From Cyanophora paradoxa CCMP329 (Eukaryota; Plantae; Glaucophyta), in assembly GCA_004431415.1 (NCBI GenBank), contig QPMI01000008.1, positions 1 through 64,000 on the forward strand: a DNA stretch of 64,000 nt. Reading direction: 5' to 3'. Both the position numbers and the translations under genes were made by a program. This document shows positions 27,049 through 39,100 of the stretch, piece by piece (position 1 is the first letter of the stretch; each line of letters opens with the position of its first letter). The notes below the pieces were generated by a model that saw only the letters and a program-made list of their open reading frames with translations, made no database searches and was not told the DNA's origin.

Positions 27049-28632
27049 AAATTTACACAGGAGAAGGTTTCTGCAAGATACAAGTGGAACGAGGAGAACG
27101 CAAAGGGGACCGAGGCGCGCGTGCCGCACTCCGTTCCGATCCGTCCGCTTTTACACGTTGACCGATCGAGTCCGGGGATATCTATGCGGCAGGTGGACGA
27201 GGTGTGTATGATGGAGGCATGGCTACGCGACCCCGGGGACGTCCCCCCTCCCTGCGACAGTCCGCCGCGCCGCGCCCCAGCCGCAGCCGCGCCCCGTACG
27301 TACCCCCCAGCTCACTCGAGCTCCGCGCGGCTCGGAGCGCAGACATGAACCTCACTCCACGTGCGCGTGCGCGTGCGCGTGCCGCGAGCCGCCGGGCGGT
27401 GCCGGCCGCGGCGCCGTCTTTCTGACGGCTCCGAAACGCAGTACCCCTCCGGACGCGCCAGTACCTCGTTCCCGATGGCAAGGGGCCCCTCGCGATGGGT
27501 GTTCGCCGCCTGTTGGCGCGCGTGTACCCTTTACCCAGCCCCTTCCCCCTCCCCCCCCGGCCCCCCCTCCCCCCACCCCTTCCCTCCCCCCTTCTCCCAC
27601 TTCCTGAGCAATCGATCTGACTGAGGTCTGACTCAGAACGTGGAAAGGACCCCGGAATTCCGCCGGAAATTGGAGGCGTTCTGGCACGAGGTCGGGCTGC
27701 CCGAACGCTCCGCACATCGTACCCCCCGTCTCCCCCCACATTTTCGCAGGTAAAAGACCGGAGGTACGAGACGGACTGGTGGGAGAAGGCGAAGAGCGCC
27801 CTGGACATGGCGGACGCCCCGGGGTACGCGTACGCGGTTCAAAGGGGGTTACCGATGTATATCTGAGCTCGGGGGTACGTCCGGCAGGTCGGCGCCGGAC
27901 CCCGGGCGGAGGCACGTGCTCCGGTGGTCCCAGAACATGGCCAGCGAGCGGGAGCTCTTCTGCTCGGAGCTGGTCGCCCTGGGCCTGCAGGCCCGCGCCT
28001 TACTAAGTTACCCTCTGTTACCGTACCCCTGCCGATCTGATCCAGCCTATTTTGTTCCATGCAGAGGCTGGGGGTTCTCGCGAACGGGCCCGGGTACCCC
28101 CCCTCCAACGAGTACTGTCCGCCCTTGCCGCTTAAGCTTGGGACTGCCGAACTGATCTCTCACTTTGCGATTCATGATCAGGCCCCGGCGACTTCGGCGA
28201 GGACCGGGCCGCGGCGCTGCCCCTCGTGGGCGGCGCGGCGCTCGGCGATCTGATTTGGGCGGCCGTGAGGTGATGCGATACCGTAGTACGGGCCTCACTA
28301 GCGCCAGCTTAGATGTAGAAGCCATCTTATTAGCTAACGCGCGTAGATTGTAAATATAATCATGCAGTGAGCTGTGGCTAGCTATAGCTATAGGCTAGGG
28401 GACGGGAAGCGTAAGGACGAAAGAGGCGCGAACAGGGGACTGGCGCCATCTTATAAGCTTGAACATTAACGTTAACGCGCGTAGATTGTAAATATAAAAA
28501 TAATCAGTGAGCTGTGGGTAGGCTGGCTAGATTGTAAATACAAATATAAACAGTGATCATGAGCTGTGGCTAGCTATAGCTATAGCTAAAGGACGGAAAG
28601 ACGGAAAGGACGAAGGACGGAAAGGACGAAGG

Positions 28633-29421
28633 CTAGGGGACGGGAAGCGGAAGGACGAAAGAGGCGCGGGCGTGGAAGTCGGGGGCCCGCCCGCAGTGCC
28701 GCAGAGCGAAGTACTCCGCGCGCCCCTCCGGCGCCTCCGCCACGACCGCCGTGAGCGAAGCCTGCGAATGAGATTAGATTTGATCAGATCTAGAGGCGGG
28801 CGGGGCGCGGCGGGCGGGGCGGGGAGGGACCTGGAGGGGTCCCTGTGCGAAAGGAGCGTCGAAGGAGCATCGGACGGCGAGCTCCCGGTCGCCGATGCGC
28901 AGCCGGTCGAACCGGATGTCCCGCACCCGCCCCTCCTCCTGCGCGGCCGGCCGCGGCGGCGCGCGCGCTCTACGATCAGCGCCGAGGCGACTGCGCCAGC
29001 GTACGGAAAGAAGGGCAGCGGAGGCGCGCCTTCATGGGCTGACTTCTGTAGTGCTCGAATCGGAAAACGTTCCACGCGCCGCTGGGCGAGACGTTCAGCT
29101 CCCAGTACGCGTCGGAGCCTGCGGGGCCGAAGAACGCTTCCAGGCACGTCGTAGTCCATAGCCCGACGGTGCGCGGTCTCCTGGGCAGCTCCTCCGGAAC
29201 GACCAGCCGCTGCAGGTCACCGCTGATCACTGCGAAAAACGTCGCCGCATCAGCGCGTCGCGCGTACGTCGTAGCGTGCGGAGGGCCGCGGTCGCTACGA
29301 ACCCCATTCGAAATGAAGTTCAGTGCCGAGACGCTGGACCCGCGCGGACACGTTGAACGGCGACCGGCCGAACGGGCGAGGTTCACGAGGGCGGCAGCTC
29401 GGACGAGGTCGGCGCCTCCAT
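28633..29421 (-). CDS. DOMON-like domain protein (bacterial-type family), intron-containing
   Basis: ISGDLQRLVVP..LWTTTCLEAFF..YWELNVSPSGAWNVFRFEHYR and C-terminal SLTAVV..YFALRHCGRAPDFHARASF. Probable 1-bp indels. Confidence 0.7.
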
Positions 29422-29615
29422 CCGATGCACGGCAGAGGCCGGTCCAGGGTTTGTGGGAGTAAAAGTTGCAGCTAACTGAGCTAAGCAGCACTGGGGTACA
29501 GGCAAACTTGGAGGGAGTGGCGCGGAGGTGGACGCACGTTGGGTCAGCAAGAGACGTAGCTAGCTAGAGAGCGTGTCGGCGTCGCTTGCCGGCACGCGGG
29601 GAGCCCAGGCGCAGC

Positions 29616-32126
<2,511 letters not shown>

Positions 32127-33149
32127 ACACATAGTAAAATGCGGAGTTTTAACCCTCGGCTTAATCTTAATTGATTTTGTTGATATATCTCGTATATTCT
32201 ATTTCAATCAATCGATAATCTGTGTATATCTTATCGAATATTCATTTATTTCGATTATTTTGTATTCTTTTCGATATTTTATCGTAAATTTCTCTTATTT
32301 TCCGATTAGTCTTACTGAGTTAATCGATAATCTGTATATATTTCCGAATAATATAACTGAATCTCAATTAGATCTTGCCTCTGGTTAAAACTCCGCATTT
32401 TACTATGTGTGATTGGTCTTTTTGTTAATTGATTTAATCGATATTATATTCATGTACTTTCTCGATTAAATTTAATTAAATTTAATTCATTTAATCGGAA
32501 ATATATCGCTTAACTCGATTAAGATCCATAAATGATTCATTTGTTTAATAAAACAAATAGATCTCTTATTGAATCCAATCGTAATTATACATGAAACTTA
32601 TATGATTTTATCATTGTTTTATTGAGTCTAAGGGGGGACCCTTAGGATTTTTGAAATAATTGGGTGTCACAGGTGTCACAGGTCCATCCCAAACTTTTGA
32701 AAATTCATTCTTTATAGGAGAAACTTTGGGATAAACCTGTGACACCTGTGACACATACCATATTTAGTAAGGATCTCTTTTATAATGAAAAACTCAGTAA
32801 TAATCTTATCTATGTATTTCTAATTAAATGAATAAATGATTTAATCGAGTGTCACAGGTGTCACAGGTCCATCCCAAACTTTTGAAAATTCACTCTTTAT
32901 AGGAGAAACTTTGGGATAAACCTGTGACACCTGTGACACATACCATATTCAGTAAGGACCTCTTATATTGTGAAAATCTCAGTGTTAGTTGGTGTAGTTG
33001 ATTCAAAAAATGCATTTTATACTCTGATTCATTGTTATTTCCTGTGAAATTTGAGTCAACTCAACCCACTTAGTCAACCCTTGCATTGAATTCGTAACAA
33101 AATCCATATACTATCGATTAATATGAGTCAACCTTGAGTCCACTTTAAT
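32127..33149 (+). repeat. Left terminal inverted repeat (1023 bp)
   Basis: Starts ACACATAGTAAAATGCGGAG and mirrors 58761-59783, with a degenerate extension of ~25 bp. Confidence 0.95.
32664..32939. promoter_or_regulatory. Two 91-bp palindromic iteron units (GTGTCACAG)x2-AT spacer-(CTGTGACAC)x2; candidate origin
   Basis: Units at 32664-32754 and 32849-32939, mirrored at 58971-59061 and 59156-59246. Confidence 0.6.
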
Positions 33150-33370
33150 TATAGGGGGAATCTTGGGCAGATGCTGAGGTTTTAGTGTAAGGAAATCGAA
33201 CATTATTCTAATTATTTGACATTGCTTAATGTAGGGTGCATTCATATTTCGGCTACATCATACAGTAGAATTTCTATCGTAAAGAATGACCGGAATCCGG
33301 AAAATAATCATTGTAGAAAGCTTTTGTAATAAAAAAGGTAAATTACCCTGATTATCATTATATAAACCTA

Positions 33371-33769
33371 TCAAAACGGGAATCTATCATGTTTATGTCT
33401 CTCAGTCTTCTCAAATGTGAGGAAATTCATTGTTTTATCGATCTCATCTGCAACTGCTTGTGTTTTATGCTGAGCTTCTTTACCACAACTGAATATATCA
33501 ATTGCTAACATGCCTTCATTGGAATAACAATGAGCTGTACAATGGCTTTCATCTAATAGCAGAACCAATGCAAAACCAGGAGGTGATAGTTTCCCATCAA
33601 ATATCTCACAGTGTTTATGAACAATCCTAATACCTTGTCTCAATATTGCTTGTTCAAGGGTTCTCATAATCCAATTACCAAGAAAGCTAACATGCTCATA
33701 ACCTGTTGCTATAGCTGTTTTAGCTTTGTAATCAAGCATTACATGAAAGCCTCTGTATTTAGTCTCCAT
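33371..33769 (-). CDS. speD: S-adenosylmethionine decarboxylase proenzyme (prokaryotic-type, pyruvoyl-dependent)
   Basis: GFHVMLDY...PPGFALVLLLDESHCTAHCY..EGMLAIDIFSCG: the ESH self-cleavage motif and the D(I)F(S/T)CG motif; 132 aa. Confidence 0.88.
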   Translation of the reverse strand: METKYRGFHVMLDYKAKTAIATGYEHVSFLGNWIMRTLEQAILRQGIRIVHKHCEIFDGKLSPPGFALVLLLDESHCTAHCYSNEGMLAIDIFSCGKEAQHKTQAVADEIDKTMNFLTFEKTERHKHDRFPF

Positions 33770-33798
33770 TAAGAATACCTTAGAAAAATTAATTAATC

Positions 33799-34071
33799 CT
33801 AATCGAACCTAATGCAAATATCCCTGTACTCTACTTTGATTGATGAAGTAGCCCTTTTCCTGTAAGCCTGAGAATGCTTTTTGTTGCATTCCCTACAACC
33901 TGATCCCTTCACATGATTAAAGGGATATGTAAGGATCACCTTGTTACACTGCAAACATCTAACAGATACTTTCTCTTGAGCTTTGATGTAATGTGTCTCA
34001 CTGTAATCGAATTTATCTTTACCATGAACTGTCATAGCAGCATCAATAAACTTTTTTGTTTTACTATCCAT
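33799..34071 (-). CDS. Small Zn-ribbon protein (DUF723-like repeat, homing-endonuclease associated)
   Basis: FI..A..VHG.DKFDYS..Y......V.V.C..C......HV.G.GC.EC resembles the N-terminal repeats of 46546-47277. Confidence 0.65.
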   Translation of the reverse strand: MDSKTKKFIDAAMTVHGKDKFDYSETHYIKAQEKVSVRCLQCNKVILTYPFNHVKGSGCRECNKKHSQAYRKRATSSIKVEYRDICIRFD

Positions 34072-34093
34072 ACTCTATATATAACCAATATTC

Positions 34094-34927
34094 TTATGGA
34101 GCAGTATCCTGCCCAAAAATGGGGAAATATCGATTTGTCCCATAGTATTCAGCATAGGTATTCTGCTTTGCAATAAAATCGGTTCTCTCTGCAAACATCA
34201 CACACTTGTAGATACCAAACTTGGTGGCTCTCACTAAGAACTGATAGTCTTCCAAACCGAAATTGACTCCATGATAAGCAATTCCGAAATTATCATATGG
34301 GGTGATCACTACTGCAAAGTTGGGAGTTCCACCTTCAACTTGGCATACAGCATAAACATCTGGTGGGATATCCACAACAACCTTGTAGTGATCACCAATC
34401 TCAACAAGAGAGTCTACTACTGCTGTTTGTTCATTCACAACAATGGGGAATATCTTGATTATATAGGGGGCATTCATGCTGGGGACATAGGTTCGAATTC
34501 TTGTGTTGGGATCAATGGGATTGGGTTGATCATTCACAAATAGAGGCGCTCCAACAGCCCCACCAACCCTAAGACCATCACCAATATAAGCTCCCCCCGA
34601 TTTGCAGTTAATAGCTCCCGACCTAGATTCAAAAGAATAAGTAGACAGAGGATCTCCATAGCTATCTGGGTCTCCATAATGAGCAGAAAAGTTTGCATTT
34701 GTCACAAGTAGCTTAGTTGTCTTAACTATTCCATTATTTTTATCACATCTGAGTTCCTGTAATCTCAGCTTGTGGGTGGAACCAAAGGTGTTCATTGTAG
34801 GTTGGACCTCTGTGGATTGGAGACCCTCCACATCATCAAAGGTAGCATGTTGCAGAACATGGTTTGCAGGTGCAGCTAATGAAAGTTGTGGGGTGATAAT
34901 TCGTTCAAGTGGGGGTTGCTCAGCCAT
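34094..34927 (-). CDS. Hypothetical protein, paralog of 34951-35805; possibly a virion protein
   Basis: 277-aa ORF sharing GL.STE.P..ELR.DKN.G.VKTT.LLVTNANF with its neighbour. Confidence 0.7.
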   Translation of the reverse strand: MAEQPPLERIITPQLSLAAPANHVLQHATFDDVEGLQSTEVQPTMNTFGSTHKLRLQELRCDKNNGIVKTTKLLVTNANFSAHYGDPDSYGDPLSTYSFESRSGAINCKSGGAYIGDGLRVGGAVGAPLFVNDQPNPIDPNTRIRTYVPSMNAPYIIKIFPIVVNEQTAVVDSLVEIGDHYKVVVDIPPDVYAVCQVEGGTPNFAVVITPYDNFGIAYHGVNFGLEDYQFLVRATKFGIYKCVMFAERTDFIAKQNTYAEYYGTNRYFPIFGQDTAP

Positions 34928-34950
34928 TTTACATTAAAGGGATATATCTT

Positions 34951-35805
34951 TTATGGGGTTGGGTCATCAATTACATCTAATTCTTGGTAAAATCCTGTTG
35001 TGAATATATCAGCAACATTTACCCCACGAAGTGCTGATACAGCTGCTATATCTGTTCTCAGTCCCATAATCATAGTATTGTATACTCCAACCTCAGTGAC
35101 AAACAGATCATAGGTAAATGTCAAATTGTTATAAACACAATATCCTCTGCCAAAATGGTTCGAAGCTTGAACAAAGAATAAGTAGTTGTGTCCTGGTTGA
35201 TTATTATTGGCTCTACACATGGAAAGCATTGCAGTGGGAAGAGGAATATTTCTTCTTACTCGATCAGTTCCTGTAATGGAAACTAATTCCGAATTCTCAA
35301 GAGTTACAGAGGATGCAACATAGAAATGCAAAAAAGGTTGCTGTGCAACAGGTGTGTAGAAACGAATTCGTTGTGGGTTCTCCACATTTTGTTCAAGAGT
35401 ATCTGGGACATCATTATACGAAATTGAGGATGAAAGCTGACCTGAAACTCTGCAGCCACCACCAATAAAAGCTCCTCCTGATCTCACAGTTACAGCAGCA
35501 GTGTTTTTATCATAATCAAGGGCTTTCAGATCAACACTGTAAGCATCAGGACCTCCATTAGTAGGCTGGAAAAAGTTAGCATTTGTGACAAGAAGTCGAG
35601 TTGTTTTCACCACACCTGAGTTCTTATCAGCTCTCAGCTCTTTAACTCGAATAATCGAATTTTTATCAAAGGAATTACCATTTGAATTGGGTCTCTCTGT
35701 GGATTCTAAACCACGAACCTCATCATTTACTTCATGCTGGCGAAAATGCATTGCAGGGGATCCAAGGGAATATATTGGAAGTTGAACTCGATTATATTCA
35801 CCCAT
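34951..35805 (-). CDS. Hypothetical protein, paralog of 34094-34927
   Basis: ATG at 35805 (MGEYNRV) preceded by AGTAAAAG; shares the N-terminal block. Confidence 0.7.
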   Translation of the reverse strand: MGEYNRVQLPIYSLGSPAMHFRQHEVNDEVRGLESTERPNSNGNSFDKNSIIRVKELRADKNSGVVKTTRLLVTNANFFQPTNGGPDAYSVDLKALDYDKNTAAVTVRSGGAFIGGGCRVSGQLSSSISYNDVPDTLEQNVENPQRIRFYTPVAQQPFLHFYVASSVTLENSELVSITGTDRVRRNIPLPTAMLSMCRANNNQPGHNYLFFVQASNHFGRGYCVYNNLTFTYDLFVTEVGVYNTMIMGLRTDIAAVSALRGVNVADIFTTGFYQELDVIDDPTP

Positions 35806-35844
35806 TGCTTCTTTTACTAAGAAGGAAAGAAAAATAAACTGCAA

Positions 35845-36153
35845 TCAAGCCAAAGTGATTAAATTCGATCCAAGGGATTGGTAGGCAACTGAAAGTGTTT
35901 GAAGGTTAGATGTCATTGCTTTGATGTTGTTATCACATTCAGTGTATTTAGCTACGGGATCACCATAAGCCGATTGCGCAAGTACATTAACCAAAAGGTT
36001 TTTATATTCATGAACAACCGGTGACAGTTTGTTGGTTTGCTGTATCGTTTTTTCGACGTTTTGTAGCGCGGCTACAAGTTTAATAGTATCGAATGCAAGA
36101 GCGACAGGCTCAGTAGTAGTGGAAGGAGATCCACCAAGTGGATAGGTCGCCAT
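35845..36153 (-). CDS. Hypothetical helical protein
   Basis: 102-aa ORF packed 3 bp after the fibre stop codon. Confidence 0.6.
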   Translation of the reverse strand: MATYPLGGSPSTTTEPVALAFDTIKLVAALQNVEKTIQQTNKLSPVVHEYKNLLVNVLAQSAYGDPVAKYTECDNNIKAMTSNLQTLSVAYQSLGSNLITLA

Positions 36154-36156
36154 TTA

Positions 36157-39100
36157 CTATACTGTGACATTTTTAATTTGATCTATTTGACTTTGGAGAT
36201 TTTCACAAGTTTGCGTTAAATGTTTGCATTTCTGGGATAATTCTTTAACGGCTTCTATGAGAACTGGAATTAAACCCGTGTATTCGAGAGAAAGGTAACC
36301 ATCTTCTTTTGTGACACTTACAATTTCTGGTATTACCTTTTCTACATCTTGCGCAATTAAACCTAATCTTGTTCCGTCTTTTTCACTTCCGATTCGTTTA
36401 AAACTCACTCCTTCCAATTTTTCAATTGCTGAAAGAGCGCCGGTTATCTTTTTAATATCGGTTTTGTATCTTCTGTCACTTCCTTGTGTTAAATAATTGT
36501 TTATCCACATCCGCCCGTCATGATCGATCCAACAAATATTAGAATCTAATTCATTTCGAAATCTTATTGGATAAGTTCCTCTTCCTTTCAAATATGTAGA
36601 ATCATTGTTACCGAAATGAATTCGATTATATCCATCACTGGAATTAAACCAAGTATTCACAGCTCCTGTTAAGATATTCGGTTTGCTATAAATATTATTC
36701 CAATGAATATAGCCGGTGTGACCACCATAACTATGTCCAACCCAAATTTTCACGAAACTTATACCCATAATATGAACTCTTCCAATCTTTGGATATATCC
36801 GAATTCTTAAAAACCGATTTCCAAGGAATATAGGGACGTTATTTAAGCCGTTGTGGTTGTTATCTGCTGATCCTGCATATGGATGGTAGTTATTGACAGT
36901 TGTTATGAAAATCGCGTTACCTTGTCTATTAATGCCCCAAATTTCGAAAAGTCGTGTGTTGCTCCAAGGTAAATGTGTTAAATATGCGGTGCCTGAATGC
37001 ATTCCACTGGGTATCTTGTATTCAATCCAAGCGGTAGAAGTTTCGTCATCAGTTTCATTATTATGTGCATAACCACCATAACTATAATACGGATCCCATG
37101 AGGTGCCTGTCCCAAATGTCCAACTTCCGGAATAGTTATATGGATCATTTCCCGCAACAGCGCCATCATATTCATAAAACAATGGAATTGAATTACCATG
37201 TATTTGAAGATTTGTTGTAGCATTAATAGTAGGTGCTGTAATAGTATTATTCACCCAAAAGTTACCATTGTTATAAGATTTTAAAATGGCTGTATCTGCT
37301 GAGTTTCTGAATTCAATTGACACACCGTCACCATTTGGTCTCCCTCGTATATATGTGCAATCGCCATTACCAAACCAAATTCGCTCGACTGCATCTACTG
37401 ATTTTAACCATGTATTTGTTGCCCATGTTGCCGTTCCTGGGAGGTTTGCGGCTGAGTAAAATGACGGTTTGCTAAATATATTATCCCAAGAGATCATGCC
37501 CAATTCATTGTCGGTTGCTCTCTGTCTACTCCAACCGAAAACCCCCGTAAGATGAATGCGACCTTTTCGACCTTGAACATAAATATACTTGTAAAACTCG
37601 CAATTAATAGAGACAAACAAAAGACAATTGTGTGTTCCATCTTGATTAACTTCCTGAATTACTTGATAAGCATTTACACGCTTTAAGAAATGTTGATATC
37701 CATTAACAGTTTGCCCGTAGATATCGAAATATCTACAATTACCCCAAGGCATGTGCTGAATATAAAACGATTTCATACCTTCTGGTTTTATCCACCTCAT
37801 CCAACAACCGCTGCAATCTTCATCATTTGCTGGTGTTGTATAAATTCCGCTTTGTCCCGTCCTTGCTGTCCATCCTGTATTCCAATTTCCACTACTTCTA
37901 TCTGTCGATATTCCATCTAATTGGTCGAAATCGTAACCTTTTGGTATTGTGGTTCCGCCAATTTGTAAAGTGGTAGCATTCACAGTACCTGTTACAGTTC
38001 CACCTGTTAGAGGTAGATAATTAGCAAGTGTCGCCGTTAAATCGGTATCTGTAACAAAATCTGTAACAGCTAATTGTAATTCTGTATTTGTAACATAATC
38101 TTTGTTTTCTAAATAATCATCTGTAACAACACCGGAAAGGGTGGTATTGTGTAAGTTTTTTGCCGCCATTCTCTGATTGACTTCTAAGGCGCCACCTGAT
38201 AACGTTTTTATCCACGCCATCTCACATTTCCCGAAATCATCTTTTGGTTGTCCCACAAGTGGTGCATAATTGAATTTCGAGCGACTAAATATTATTTTCG
38301 GTCTTGATCCATCGGTTGCGCTTACATCTGTAACGTTCACTTGTAAAATGGCGTCTTTATCATCATAACTCACTGGATCTAATGGAAGTGGTGGTAAACC
38401 TGCTGTTAATGGAATATCATCATTATAATAACTTGTCAAAAACAGACCTGGTTTGGTATCTATAACCCCCACCCCACCTGCTGAAACCATTTGAGATCTT
38501 GAAGGTTGTTTAATGTATAATTCGCCATCCATTGTGGTGCCTGCTTCAATTCCTTTTCGATTAACGTAATAGTCATTTAATTGTAACCTTTCGGCAATGT
38601 CTATCTTTTGGTAGAGACTTACACCAAATTGGAAATCTGTTAATAAATTTCCTGCTGATGCGAATTTTGGTTGCTCATCTATTTCGGTCCATGGGTGCCT
38701 ATGGTTGCTATTTGTAATCTCTGAATAATCATGAGTGTGTGGATCAGGTGGGAAGGTTAACGGAGGATTTGTGATATGCTCCCATAAATGAGTATGGGCG
38801 AAATCTGTGATTTGCGATTTTGTGTGAGTATGGTCAAAATCTGTGATTTGCGATTTTGTGTGAGTATGGTCAAAATCTGTGATTTGCGATTTTGTGTGAG
38901 TATGGTCAAAATCTGTTATTTGCGATTTTGTGTGAGTATGGGCGAAATCTGTTATTTGATCTTTTGTGTGAGTGTGGGCGAAATCTGTAATATCTGCTTT
39001 TGTGTGTGTTTGTTTTGCTAACCAATCTAAAACAACATTCGAAGTGGGATGATGTGGTAGAGTTGCATTTTTGGTAACTGTGAGATTTTCAATAAATATA

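Larger units (their letters stand above)
17982..27080. mobile_element. Non-autonomous TIR (foldback-like) DNA element, ~9.1 kb
   Basis: 28-bp imperfect TIRs (17982-18009 and 27053-27080, 23/28 match). CAAGTG is duplicated at 17976-17981 and 27081-27086. Removing the element restores an in-frame exon. No transposase recognised. Confidence 0.8.
17571..28273 (+). pseudogene. Permuted papain-like amidase (NlpC/P60 YaeF/YiiX-like), interrupted by the element at 17982-27080
   Basis: Spliced exons give GDVVL..WT/HVALVYKRDGVHCRSIDK|WNEENAKGTE..MMEAW..RRYETDW..LFCSELVA..SNEYCPGDF..., stop at 28271-28273. His before Cys matches the permuted family. Confidence 0.75.
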
